Made by a program: the position numbers and the translations under genes. A stretch of 64,000 nucleotides of DNA from the IMG/VR virus record IMGVR_UViG_3300028045_000001, positions 175,961 to 239,960 of that record; one strand, given 5' to 3'. This document shows, one piece after another, positions 50,001 through 59,928 of the stretch (position 1 is its first letter; every line of letters starts with the position of its first letter). The notes under the pieces are model-generated. The model did not search any database and had not been told where the DNA came from. It saw nothing but the letters and a program-made list of their open reading frames with translations.

Positions 50001-50427
50001 TACGATATACGATATGGAGGACTGTGACCGCTTATCCATAAGGGACATCTCATTTCCTAGAAAGGAGGTTTGGACATCTTTGGAATCTATATCCGAGTCA
50101 ATAATAGCTGATATAGAAGAGGCCAAGATAAATGATAGCACCTTTATAGCGTCATTTACAGTTTTAAACACATACAAAGTAGCATTGGAAAAGTTATGTG
50201 AAGGGAAGTTACACGGTGTTTCTGAGGCAGATGGATTGGCGGCACTTGGGATAGACTCGAGGGACATTATGGTGACGTTTGAGTACACTACCGAATATGT
50301 TTCGGCGGTGCTTGGGGAAATAGATGTACGTCTACGATCAAAGATAATAGAGTACATCGTTCGACTGATTAATTTTAAAAAATTAGTACTGGCTATGGAG
50401 AAAAATATAACATGTCCAATAAATTAG
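49984..50427 (+). CDS. Hypothetical protein
   Basis: About 147 aa from ATG 49984, with GAGGA RBS. Confidence 0.55.
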   Translation: MSRIPDTIYDMEDCDRLSIRDISFPRKEVWTSLESISESIIADIEEAKINDSTFIASFTVLNTYKVALEKLCEGKLHGVSEADGLAALGIDSRDIMVTFEYTTEYVSAVLGEIDVRLRSKIIEYIVRLINFKKLVLAMEKNITCPIN

Positions 50428-51653
50428 AATTAGTGGAACAGAGCGCAACGTTATTAGATGCTTACGGATTGGAATGCATAGAAAAAGCTGGGAGAACTTG
50501 CTATGCTTCAGTTAGTAAAACTGACTGTAAAGATAAAACTGGCTTAACTTGCGCTAACCTTGGAGAACCGTGTGGAGAATGCGAACACCACTCTTCCTAT
50601 CGATTCACAAAGTCTATCATAGGGTCCAAGCACGAGGCCATGTTGGAGCACCTTAACACAGCCTTTATTATACCCGATAATCTCAAAGATGAACTTAATA
50701 AAATCCAACATGTTTATTTAAAGTATTTCAATATCACTGATTTTGATCGATGTGTTATTTCTGGTAACATGCGAGCGTGGAGAGAATTGGTACTGCATCT
50801 GCCAACCCAATTTGTATTAGCGCTTGCATTCGCAGTCAAAGAAAAATACGATCTAATGTTTTCAGGACTGTCAATGGAAGTAGATGCGTTATTAGATAAC
50901 CATGTGCCACTGTTTGAGCCAGTCGTGGTGGAACCTTTAGATATGCCATTTAAAGAAAGGGTATATCATCAGTATATAAGCATGGTATTGGAGACGAATA
51001 GATCTACGTGTATGTGTGTCATACGGCATCGTCCGAATAGTTTTGCTATGACATCCACCAGATGGATTAAGTTTGATGCTCTAAAAATAACGTTGCCAGT
51101 GTGGGCAGATAAAAAATTGTTGAGAACCATGTTCGATTCAAAAGATACACATGAATTGATATTTGATTTAGTGCCTGGCTCTTTCCAACAATTTCCACAT
51201 TCAAATGATTCTTGTAAAATAAACGATTTTTATTCTGATGCGCAAACTAAGTTGGATAAAATTCCGGAGTGGTTATTTTACATGTCGTGCATGCAAGCCC
51301 AGCAAAGATATACCCAGCTTATGGAAGCAGGCTGGGATAGAGGTGAGGCACGAGAAGTTCTTCCAAATGGACTTCATGCCAGTCTTGTAGTTACTACCAA
51401 CATACGGGAATGGTGGGTCATGTTGAACATCCGAAAGTATGGCCTAACTGGAAAACCACATGCTCAGATTAAGGACCTGTTTACAAAAGTTCACACTTTA
51501 CTTGAAGGACAATACCCAGATCATTTTGGCAAATGGTATAAAGAAAGGATAAATGCTTTAAAAAATAAACTTGAACACTCATTACACCCAATGGAGTTCA
51601 TTAGAGTTTTGGAGGATCGGGATGCCATACTATGCGAAAAACAAAAAACTTAG
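50412..51653 (+). CDS. thyX: FAD-dependent thymidylate synthase (extended)
   Basis: AGRTCY, HEAMLEH, ThyX signature RHR-x7-S (RHRPNSFAMTSTRW), AREVLPN and NIREW. Confidence 0.88.
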   Translation: MSNKLELVEQSATLLDAYGLECIEKAGRTCYASVSKTDCKDKTGLTCANLGEPCGECEHHSSYRFTKSIIGSKHEAMLEHLNTAFIIPDNLKDELNKIQHVYLKYFNITDFDRCVISGNMRAWRELVLHLPTQFVLALAFAVKEKYDLMFSGLSMEVDALLDNHVPLFEPVVVEPLDMPFKERVYHQYISMVLETNRSTCMCVIRHRPNSFAMTSTRWIKFDALKITLPVWADKKLLRTMFDSKDTHELIFDLVPGSFQQFPHSNDSCKINDFYSDAQTKLDKIPEWLFYMSCMQAQQRYTQLMEAGWDRGEAREVLPNGLHASLVVTTNIREWWVMLNIRKYGLTGKPHAQIKDLFTKVHTLLEGQYPDHFGKWYKERINALKNKLEHSLHPMEFIRVLEDRDAILCEKQKT

Positions 51654-51849
51654 AAAGGCTTATACCGTTATTATAGATGACGTTATAAATGCCAGCGATG
51701 ATGCCCCAATAAAGAATGGACATTCAACATTATACATGAGTGGGAGTAGTTTAATGAGGAGCTTCTTTATTAAGTTACTCGTCGGAAAAAATACTCTGTT
51801 CATTAGAGGCACCAGGGAGTTTGAAAAGAAATTTGATACTACTCCGTAG
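51622..51849 (+). CDS. Hypothetical protein
   Basis: 75 aa from ATG 51622, with GGAGG RBS. Confidence 0.45.
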   Translation: MPYYAKNKKLRKAYTVIIDDVINASDDAPIKNGHSTLYMSGSSLMRSFFIKLLVGKNTLFIRGTREFEKKFDTTP

Positions 51850-51857
51850 GAGGTTAC

Positions 51858-52718
51858 ATGAGCGACATACTTTGTTTTTATCACAAAGACTTGGATGGCA
51901 TATGTGCGGCCTCCATAGTCAAACATAAATTTCCAGATTGTGAATGTATCGGATTAACATACGAAAAGGATCTCCCAAACCTCCCAGAAAAAGGCAAGAC
52001 AATCTATATAGTTGACTACACGTTCCCGGTTGATTATATGCATCAATTAAATGAAGACCATATAGTGCACTGGATAGATCACCATCACAATGCCATATCG
52101 GAGGTTAAAAGTTCTGGGTTTAAGGCATCTGGATCTGAAACGTTAGATCCATCTTATAGTGGAGCCGCACTAACTTGGATGCACTTTAACCGTCATATAA
52201 AACTTCCACGATTTATCGAATTAGTTAGTAACTGGGACCTATGGAAACACGATGATCCAGAATGTGTATATTTTCATTACGGTATTTTTTGTAATGCGGA
52301 CACAAGTCCAGGTGCTGAAGTGTGGAATAAATTAAATAATGCCGCCCACCTATCTTTGGTATCAGAAACCATCATACGTGAAATTGTCGAGTGTGGTAAA
52401 AAAGCACGGTCATACCAAGGTATAATTGATAAAGACCACGTACAAAGATTTGCATACGTTGTTGATTTCGAAGGACATAAGGCATTGGTCGCCAATTACC
52501 ACAGGGGGACCTCAGAAATATTTGACTCTATAATAGAGGAAGATAAATACAGGTGCGACGTTATGATAATTTATAGCCATAGGAAGAATGGATACAAGTA
52601 TTCAATACGATCCAACGACGATACTGTGGACGTTGCACTCATCGCAAAAAAGTATGGGGGTAACGGACATAGGGCATCCGCTGGCTTCTGGCACGACACC
52701 CTATTGTGGGAGACATAG
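51858..52718 (+). CDS. DHH-family phosphoesterase (with DHHA1-like C-terminus)
   Basis: YHKDLDG, IVDY, WIDHH and C-terminal YGGNGHRASAG. Confidence 0.88.
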   Translation: MSDILCFYHKDLDGICAASIVKHKFPDCECIGLTYEKDLPNLPEKGKTIYIVDYTFPVDYMHQLNEDHIVHWIDHHHNAISEVKSSGFKASGSETLDPSYSGAALTWMHFNRHIKLPRFIELVSNWDLWKHDDPECVYFHYGIFCNADTSPGAEVWNKLNNAAHLSLVSETIIREIVECGKKARSYQGIIDKDHVQRFAYVVDFEGHKALVANYHRGTSEIFDSIIEEDKYRCDVMIIYSHRKNGYKYSIRSNDDTVDVALIAKKYGGNGHRASAGFWHDTLLWET

Positions 52719-52722
52719 GACC

Positions 52723-52764
52723 ACACTTAGACGCTGATAGGATGTCCTATCAGCGTCTAAGTGT
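52723..52764. terminator. Perfect inverted repeat, 20-bp stem, 2-nt loop
   Basis: acacttagacgctgatagga-tg-tcctatcagcgtctaagtgt. Confidence 0.65.
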
Positions 52765-52782
52765 AATATAATTATAAAGGAG

Positions 52783-54027
52783 ATGAAAATGTATCTTGAG
52801 GGCTGGATAAGAAAAACCATATGTAAACAAAAATATTATGAAAGTATCGATGAGGAAGATGGTTCACTGTTACTAACTCCTTACGTGGTAGTGAATAGGT
52901 ATGTGAGAGAAGGAGTTACTGACAAGAAAGGCGATGTCATACACGGAGAGTGGATACCTGCAGATCATCCCAAAGTACCAGATCAAATTTGTGACGTACC
53001 TGAGGAGCGAATCAATTGCACCATAGCCGAAGTATCTATTATGTTAAAGTATAACCTTAGACCTGACGAGCCAAGTCCGACCTATCGTATATTTCGTCGA
53101 GATAACTCGCATATCGGGGTAGCATGTCCATCATTGCCAGGTTACTTTGATAGTGAGATAACTTGGCTACGAACAATACAACTCAATATGGTGGATAGTC
53201 ATGTTGTACAAAAATGCATGATCAGTGGACTAACTATAGATCGAGTGGGTGACCCACAAATGGATAGGATGTGTAAACTATATGAAGGTAAGGTATACGT
53301 CTACTTTAATCCAAGTGCCAAAGAACCGGATGAATATTGGAAATTAGAGTACTGCGTTCCGATGAAGGTAACTTCGGGACAGTATTACGGCGATAACCCA
53401 AGCGGCGATATCATTAATAGGATTGATGGCATAGATAATTACATTCACAAAAAGACATCAATAATTGATCAGATACTGCGCAGTAATAATAAATTTACTG
53501 CAATAAAGGATAAGGTAGTTGGATTTATATATGGTGGAAGAGGATACCACTCTCCTTCTATTAATGCGGATGGACCAGATTTTGTATCTGGAAAAGCAAT
53601 AGATGGCGTGGGGCTATTCCTTCCAAGTGGAAATGCCTCAGGGCGATTCTCCGTTGATTTGCACAAGCATCGCATAAGCCTCATGTATGAACACACACTG
53701 TATGCTGTCAGGGATAAGCTATATTTAAATGGCTGCAGAGTTGGGGGCGATCACATGGGTTTAAATAACATGACGATCAATGAGCTTGAGCTCTCCCTTA
53801 GAACTTATCTTTCTAAGGGTAGAAGTGCGGATGCTTTAGTGGCATGCCTAATAAATAAATCTTTGCCAGACGTAAGATGTATCGAGGTAATTAAATCGCC
53901 AGCTGTACAAATGGCCCCGGCCCCCAGGCAGTATTATGTAAATGATGTACGCATAGATATATTGGAAGAAAGGGACAGGACAGATGGCTTCAAAAAAGAA
54001 TTAGCTTTTATACAGAATGGAGATTAA
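52783..54027 (+). CDS. Hypothetical protein, paralogue of 54475-55869
   Basis: Shares WI.K..C.Q.Y.E, WIPA.H..VP, EYWK, VTSG.Y.G.N, VGFIY.GRGY and VRDK.YLNG with the second copy. Confidence 0.7.
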   Translation: MKMYLEGWIRKTICKQKYYESIDEEDGSLLLTPYVVVNRYVREGVTDKKGDVIHGEWIPADHPKVPDQICDVPEERINCTIAEVSIMLKYNLRPDEPSPTYRIFRRDNSHIGVACPSLPGYFDSEITWLRTIQLNMVDSHVVQKCMISGLTIDRVGDPQMDRMCKLYEGKVYVYFNPSAKEPDEYWKLEYCVPMKVTSGQYYGDNPSGDIINRIDGIDNYIHKKTSIIDQILRSNNKFTAIKDKVVGFIYGGRGYHSPSINADGPDFVSGKAIDGVGLFLPSGNASGRFSVDLHKHRISLMYEHTLYAVRDKLYLNGCRVGGDHMGLNNMTINELELSLRTYLSKGRSADALVACLINKSLPDVRCIEVIKSPAVQMAPAPRQYYVNDVRIDILEERDRTDGFKKELAFIQNGD

Positions 54028-54438
54028 ATGAAATTCATTGATCAAATGGTTTTTGAAAAAGGAAAGGGTGACTGTGTAAGAGCTTGTTTGGCCTCAATTT
54101 TAGAATTTCCAATCAAAGACATGCCAAATTTTTGGGAAGTAGCGTATAATGTAGAGGAATTTTGGAAATTAGTAAATACATGGATATCAGACAATTATAA
54201 CTATAATTGTCTGATAACTAAAAATTTACCTACTTTAGAATGTAAAGATATCCTATGCATCGCCATCGGCTCTCCTGCTCATTGTGATGGAAAAGAATGC
54301 GAAGAAGTGCATGCAGTTATTTGGTTTGAGGGAAAGGTAATATTTGATCCACATCCTAATAGAGCTGGTCTAAGTAAAATAAACTCATTCCTTTTTCTAA
54401 TACCTACAATTAATCGATTCAAAGATCCAACTGCCTAA
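54028..54438 (+). CDS. Putative papain-fold (C39-like) cysteine peptidase
   Basis: GDCVRACLASIL, VHAVIW and FDPHP give a candidate Cys-His-Asp triad. Confidence 0.55.
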   Translation: MKFIDQMVFEKGKGDCVRACLASILEFPIKDMPNFWEVAYNVEEFWKLVNTWISDNYNYNCLITKNLPTLECKDILCIAIGSPAHCDGKECEEVHAVIWFEGKVIFDPHPNRAGLSKINSFLFLIPTINRFKDPTA

Positions 54439-54474
54439 CAAATTAAATTATCAAACTTTTTAAGGATGAATTAA

Positions 54475-55869
54475 ATGGAACTAACAACTCAAATTAGCGA
54501 TAATGATGACCATATGATAACTGATTGTTGGATACATAAATTCGTATGTCAACAACAATACCACGAGGCAGTAACTGTGGATTGGGAACTGATGCTATCT
54601 CCATATGTAAAAGTGAAACAGTATATGCGGAGAGTGTCGATTGTAGACGGTGACCTTAAGAGCACTGCCTGGATTCCCGCAAACCATGATGATGTTCCAC
54701 CTGCACATAGAGCGGCCGATGAACGGATAATTCATTGTGATATAGAAGACATTTCAATTCTATTGAATACTGATATTGTGACCAAAAAGAGATCGAGTAT
54801 ATTTATAAACAAGCCGAATAAAGATCCTATAACCAATGAATACCGAAACGGTACTCATTCAAAGATACCAGGCTATATCAATACGGGAATAGATGGATTG
54901 TGGTCATTTCAACTTACCATCGAGCAGAGATGCAACATCGGTCGTTTCCATAAAAGACCATCGCAGTTAAGTATCGATACTACATATAAGCTACAGGAAG
55001 GTCAAATAGAGATTTATTTTGATCCTAACATGGAAGATACGCTTGAGTATTGGAAAACTCTCTATAACGATGCGATGCCAGTAACTTCTGGAGTGTACAA
55101 CGGGGGGAATTTAAGTAATTACGTTTTTAATGAGATAGGAGGCATCGAAGGATATCTAACTATTAAATATTTAATAACAGATTCGTTTACTTCATGCAAA
55201 CATGGAGACGAAGAGATTGTTGGATTTATATATGAGGGTAGAGGATATAACCTACGATCTTTTTCTGCTAGCTCTGGTAGGATTGGTGGAGAGTTGATTG
55301 ATAAGACAGTCTTTTTTGATACCAATGATGAATTAGATGATGTCGTTATAGACATATATAAAAGCTACATTAAATTGATGCGCAAGAATATATTGTATAT
55401 TGTAAGAGACAAGGTATACTTGAATGGGGACCCTATAGAAGTAATAAATCCAGAAATGTTTGTTAGTGAATTTAGAGAATCACTTAAAAAATACATTACA
55501 ATGGATTGTGGCATTGGTCCATTAACCACATGCTATATAAACATAATGCTTCCAGAAGTATTGTATATTCAGATGGGCACTGAAACGGTGGACGTCTATG
55601 AGAGAAAAAATAGATGCAATCAATTTAAAGAAGAGATCCCTTTTATACTTGATTGTCCTAGAACAAGAGTTGGGGATATAGGAAACGGCCCATTTCAATT
55701 TGAAAATCATGAGAATACCGACACCGTATCAAAGCAAGTATTAGACGACATGAAACATGGTTATGAAATGCTTCTGATGGATACGGAAGTGTGTCAACCT
55801 AAGGAAGTCGATGTGCCCGCTGATGTAGGTTATGAAATAAAACTTGAGGATGATCCGGAGTTTGAATAA
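54475..55869 (+). CDS. Hypothetical protein, paralogue of 52783-54027
   Basis: Shared motifs listed for the first copy. Confidence 0.7.
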   Translation: MELTTQISDNDDHMITDCWIHKFVCQQQYHEAVTVDWELMLSPYVKVKQYMRRVSIVDGDLKSTAWIPANHDDVPPAHRAADERIIHCDIEDISILLNTDIVTKKRSSIFINKPNKDPITNEYRNGTHSKIPGYINTGIDGLWSFQLTIEQRCNIGRFHKRPSQLSIDTTYKLQEGQIEIYFDPNMEDTLEYWKTLYNDAMPVTSGVYNGGNLSNYVFNEIGGIEGYLTIKYLITDSFTSCKHGDEEIVGFIYEGRGYNLRSFSASSGRIGGELIDKTVFFDTNDELDDVVIDIYKSYIKLMRKNILYIVRDKVYLNGDPIEVINPEMFVSEFRESLKKYITMDCGIGPLTTCYINIMLPEVLYIQMGTETVDVYERKNRCNQFKEEIPFILDCPRTRVGDIGNGPFQFENHENTDTVSKQVLDDMKHGYEMLLMDTEVCQPKEVDVPADVGYEIKLEDDPEFE

Positions 55870-55893
55870 CTAAATGATAGAAGGGAGTTTAAA

Positions 55894-56295
55894 ATGGCAG
55901 AAACAGAGTGTGATATTAGATTTGGACCGTATCTAATTGATATTATCAATGGGTATTGTTCGATACGACGAGAAGATGGTGCGCCAGTTGAACCCACCTT
56001 TTTTGAAATGCAGTACATAAAGGATACTGTGTTTGGTGTGGATGCTATAGGAATTGAAATATTCCCTGCCACAGGTAAAGCCTTCAATTTTACAGAAGTG
56101 ACTTCCGAGCCACCTAAACGATATTTGTGGAGGATGGGAATAGATGCTATCGATGAAACAGTTGGTGCATTTACGTCATATACAGGAGATGAAGAGGCGG
56201 AGCTACAACGTGAGGAGGATGCTAAAAAGCATGCCTCCGATGACGTAGTATGTATGTCCACTTACTACAAGCGCAATAAATTAGGGAATAAATAG
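55894..56295 (+). CDS. Conserved-type phage hypothetical protein
   Basis: PTFFEMQYIKDTVFG....IEIFP...YLW pattern, recalled from small phage proteins. Confidence 0.5.
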   Translation: MAETECDIRFGPYLIDIINGYCSIRREDGAPVEPTFFEMQYIKDTVFGVDAIGIEIFPATGKAFNFTEVTSEPPKRYLWRMGIDAIDETVGAFTSYTGDEEAELQREEDAKKHASDDVVCMSTYYKRNKLGNK

Positions 56296-56299
56296 GGGT

Positions 56300-56890
56300 A
56301 TGTCAAATAGAGGGAGAATCACTATGTTTGAATCTAAATTCAAAGCAATGCGACACGTTGAAACTGTAAGAAATTTTATTTCTACTGTAATTAAAGAATT
56401 ACTTAATCGACAGGAACTCCACGATCAAACAAAACTCCAATCCCCTGAAGCTGAGATATTCGCGGAGCACACACCGAAGTTAAGGGATAGCGCTTACGCT
56501 TCTGAGGAATATAATGAGTGTCTAAAGGAAATGAATGTCGCATTGGAACATCATTACAAGAACAGCCGACATCATCCAGAGCATTTCGGTCACATGCGAT
56601 GTGCCGCTTGTATGGACACATACACTATTGATCCGGATGCTCATTGTGTCGATTGTAGTAGGAACGGTATTCCGAAACACAGTATACTTTCAATGAACCT
56701 AATTGATATGATCGAGATGTTATGCGATTGGAAGGCAGCTACATTACGTCATGACACTGGTGACCTATATCAAAGTATCGAATTGAATCAAAAACGTTTT
56801 GGGTATGGGAATGAAATAAAGAAACTATTGATCAACACTGCTAAATGGCTGGATGAGCAGGATACCTTCCACCATGCAAAAGAAAGTTGA
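56300..56890 (+). CDS. HD-like protein (DUF5662-type) with Zn-ribbon insertion
   Basis: HDQTKL, HHY..SRHHPEHF, IEMLCDW.AA; inserted CAAC-x11-CVDC. Confidence 0.6.
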   Translation: MSNRGRITMFESKFKAMRHVETVRNFISTVIKELLNRQELHDQTKLQSPEAEIFAEHTPKLRDSAYASEEYNECLKEMNVALEHHYKNSRHHPEHFGHMRCAACMDTYTIDPDAHCVDCSRNGIPKHSILSMNLIDMIEMLCDWKAATLRHDTGDLYQSIELNQKRFGYGNEIKKLLINTAKWLDEQDTFHHAKES

Positions 56891-56929
56891 TACTACTATA
56901 ACAATACTACCATAGCTTTGGAGAATTAA

Positions 56930-57403
56930 ATGGAGTTTATAGATATATGCCGTACTTACGACTACGCAATGTATGATTCGCATATTTGTGAAATGCGAGA
57001 CGCCATGGAAGTGGAGATGCTCGACCACATACCTGAGAACTTACATGCGTTTTATAAAGAAGTTTACTCATACGTTCCAAAGTCAATCCATGACTTTTCA
57101 ATGACAATATTCCATGATCCACACAGAAGGTTTTTTATACTGAAGAACGACAATGTGATCGTAGGATACATATACCTCATGCTACATGAGCCAGTCATAC
57201 ATATAGAGGAGATATATATTTATAGGAAATACCGGGGCAAGCAGATAGGACCTGCCGTTATACAAAAATTAAGCGACAGTATGAAGGATTTTACTTCGAT
57301 TAATTTAAATGTAATAGTTGCTAACAGTGCAGCTTTAAGCATGTATATAAAGTTGGGGTTTAGCATGCATACGATGACTATGTATAAGAAAATAAATCAA
57401 TAA
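56930..57403 (+). CDS. GNAT-family N-acetyltransferase
   Basis: Acetyl-CoA motif A IYIYRKYRGKQIG; motif B LNV...NSAALSMYIKLGF. Confidence 0.85.
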   Translation: MEFIDICRTYDYAMYDSHICEMRDAMEVEMLDHIPENLHAFYKEVYSYVPKSIHDFSMTIFHDPHRRFFILKNDNVIVGYIYLMLHEPVIHIEEIYIYRKYRGKQIGPAVIQKLSDSMKDFTSINLNVIVANSAALSMYIKLGFSMHTMTMYKKINQ

Positions 57404-57414
57404 TTTATTATTTC

Positions 57415-57442
57415 TACGGATGGTTCATATGAACCATCCGTA
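57415..57442. repeat. Perfect 28-bp palindrome, no spacer
   Basis: tacggatggttcat|atgaaccatccgta. Confidence 0.9.
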
Positions 57443-57482
57443 CTATAAATTTAATTAAAATAAAGGGGGCTAATAAAAAAAA

Positions 57483-58214
57483 ATGGAAGTTGGATACCCA
57501 CATAAAAACTCTATTATTTACATTGCAGATATTGGAGATGATATAGATGATCAAATTGCTGTTGAATATCTTCATCTGTCTGGTTGCTTAAATGGCGTTG
57601 TTTTAGATGGTACAAAGAGCTCTAATCAAATAGAATCACGAATAAAATTTTTAAAAGATAGGGGGGTGCAATTTTACGACACTGTCCCACTTGGAACAGA
57701 AATTATATTTTGTGGTGGAAGACTAACTAAAGTGGCAAGGTACATTGAAGATGGAGGACATTTGGAATTTCTTTGTATGAATGGAGGATTTGCTGGTAAA
57801 AATTGTGTAGCAAAAAAACATATACTTGAAAAATTTAAAAAGCACACTACAGTAAGAACTTACAATTTTAACATGGACGTGTCCGCTGCAATGAATGTGA
57901 TAGATTCACTACATATAGATTCTATTCTTTTAGTTAGTAAAAATATATGCCACCACAAAAAGAATACTTTTCCAAACTTACATAAAGAATTATTTCTTGA
58001 AAAATATAAATTACGGGAAACAAAGTGTTTACATGACTTATTGGCTGTAAAAGAAGGCATGGCGTTTTTAAACAAACAACATATGCTATGCCAATATTTA
58101 CCAGTTAAAGTTTACAATAAGTATAACGAAAAAAATGAAACCATGACTGAATGGGGGGCACACTTTAATCCAAATTCACATGTATTAATATCTGTCGGTT
58201 GGGAAATAAAATAA
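57483..58214 (+). CDS. Nucleoside hydrolase-like protein (IU-NH fold)
   Basis: IADIGDDIDDQIA (D-x-D-x-x-x-DD), MNGG, YNFNMDVSAA and LHDLLA. Confidence 0.7.
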   Translation: MEVGYPHKNSIIYIADIGDDIDDQIAVEYLHLSGCLNGVVLDGTKSSNQIESRIKFLKDRGVQFYDTVPLGTEIIFCGGRLTKVARYIEDGGHLEFLCMNGGFAGKNCVAKKHILEKFKKHTTVRTYNFNMDVSAAMNVIDSLHIDSILLVSKNICHHKKNTFPNLHKELFLEKYKLRETKCLHDLLAVKEGMAFLNKQHMLCQYLPVKVYNKYNEKNETMTEWGAHFNPNSHVLISVGWEIK

Positions 58215-58395
58215 TTTAAATATTTAATAAAAGGTATAAATTTGATATGTTTAAACTGATTAAAAAGATTTCATTGGCCAGTATCCTTATTCTACAAATG
58301 AATCTATTATAGAAGAACTTAAAAAGGAATATACATTAGGTAACGAAGATAGTGTCATACATTAATGTAGAATTATTTAAAGGAAAATATTTAAG

Positions 58396-58788
58396 ATGAG
58401 CAATGAATTGCCATATGATCCAAAATTAAAAGAAGCAATGGCCGAAATAAAAGTGATTCTAAAGAAACACGATATTGCGGGAGCGGTTTCGTTGGTATCT
58501 GAAACACATTCAGAATATCTCTATGACTTTCCATCATGGTCTGGCATTAAACTTACTGGCGACGGATTAAAAATGGATATAAAACATAAAGATTTTAAAG
58601 CTAAAGCAGATTTCAATGAAGCCGCCACTATAGCGATGCACGTACTTCATCAAATAAGGGATATAGGTGGTAAATCATTTATGATATTCGAAAAGGTCAT
58701 AAATACGATAATTGAAAAAACCGGTATAGAAGTGGAGCATGAGCCATTTCACAATTCTACCCACATAGAAACAATTAAAGTAAAATAA
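58396..58788 (+). CDS. Hypothetical protein
   Basis: 130-aa ORF with AAGGA RBS. Confidence 0.6.
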   Translation: MSNELPYDPKLKEAMAEIKVILKKHDIAGAVSLVSETHSEYLYDFPSWSGIKLTGDGLKMDIKHKDFKAKADFNEAATIAMHVLHQIRDIGGKSFMIFEKVINTIIEKTGIEVEHEPFHNSTHIETIKVK

Positions 58789-58795
58789 ACTTTTA

Positions 58796-58829
58796 TGTAA
58801 CATGTTGGTGCGTACACCAACATGTTACA
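58796..58829. terminator. Perfect inverted repeat, 15-bp stem, 4-nt loop
   Basis: tgtaacatgttggtg-cgta-caccaacatgttaca, followed by a T-rich run. Confidence 0.7.
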
Positions 58830-58913
58830 GCCAAGCCTTTATTTTTTTTTATCATTTAATAATGGATAATTACATTGACGACCATCTGATCAAAAATTAG
58901 GGAGATAGAGTAG

Positions 58914-59903
58914 ATGAAAAAGTTACTTAGCTTGGCTGGAATCGAGGATGCGAGACTTACTGCCGATTCATATATTGAGCGCGAGAAGCAATTCTCTGAC
59001 CTACATGACATTCTAGTTATAACGATTGCCTTGAAAGAGAATATAGAAACGCATGGCTTCACCAAACAGATTGCAGAGTATGTACAAACAATAGGTGGCG
59101 ACACATTCTTTACTGATGCCACTGTCTCACTCCAAGGCTTTCTCGATGGAACTGATGACCAGCATGAGGTGTCAGAAATAGCAATGAATGGGATATCTAG
59201 TGCTATAGCTTCCGCTATAAAAAAAATTAAAGGGATTATAAAAAAGGCAGTCGATAAATTAAAAGCCCTATTTAAAGAAGTGGATGGCGCTACACTAGAC
59301 CTAAATGAGTTCCTTAAAAATAATGCAGTTCTTCTAACTGATAAAGTTGATTGGGACTCCATTAAGGATAAAAGGATCCCTGGGCCGCGCATTATAAAAT
59401 TAAAGCCACTGATGAAATCACTCACATCTTTTTCTAAATGGGATATTCTTGAATTAACCAATCTTCTTGACATAAGTAGAATCACCACATTACAAGATAT
59501 ACCGAACACTGCCTCCATATCAAAAGATATGTATATAGTGTGTACAGATGATCTCAGGGATATCAAGAATATGCAAAATATCGAAAAGGATCTCCTAAAA
59601 ATGCCCAATATCACAACACTAAAGGTAAAGGATAACATCAAAGAATTGTATGACACAGTCGTTGTATTATTAAAGCATGTGTCGAAACTATTCGAGAGTC
59701 GGGACGAACTGTTTGCTGCCTTGAATTCATTTATAGTGGACCTACAGAATTTGCCAGATGCCGAGTTTAATAAACGGATTCAACATTCGAGCATATCGGA
59801 GGCTTGGTTCATATCAACCATCTTCGAGGTGATGCTTGAATCAAAGAATGTTTTTCTAAGGGCTAGTTACAAGGTGTTTGATACCGTACACGAAGGTATA
59901 TGA
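58914..59903 (+). CDS. Putative internal head/ejection protein (phiKZ-type propeptide architecture)
   Basis: Acidic helical N-terminus, VSLQG...IAMNG, then an amphipathic basic helix AIKKIKGIIKKAVDKL. Confidence 0.55.
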   Translation: MKKLLSLAGIEDARLTADSYIEREKQFSDLHDILVITIALKENIETHGFTKQIAEYVQTIGGDTFFTDATVSLQGFLDGTDDQHEVSEIAMNGISSAIASAIKKIKGIIKKAVDKLKALFKEVDGATLDLNEFLKNNAVLLTDKVDWDSIKDKRIPGPRIIKLKPLMKSLTSFSKWDILELTNLLDISRITTLQDIPNTASISKDMYIVCTDDLRDIKNMQNIEKDLLKMPNITTLKVKDNIKELYDTVVVLLKHVSKLFESRDELFAALNSFIVDLQNLPDAEFNKRIQHSSISEAWFISTIFEVMLESKNVFLRASYKVFDTVHEGI

Positions 59904-59928
59904 TCTTATAAAGGTAGCTGTAACGCGT

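Noticed and set aside
58247-58375. Short 21-aa ORF or frameshifted remnant in an AT-rich gap
   Set aside because: Too short, with no supporting homology or paralogue; indistinguishable from chance.
58856-59656. 266-aa minus-strand ORF
   Set aside because: Fully antisense to the 58914 gene, which has a paralogue and an RBS.
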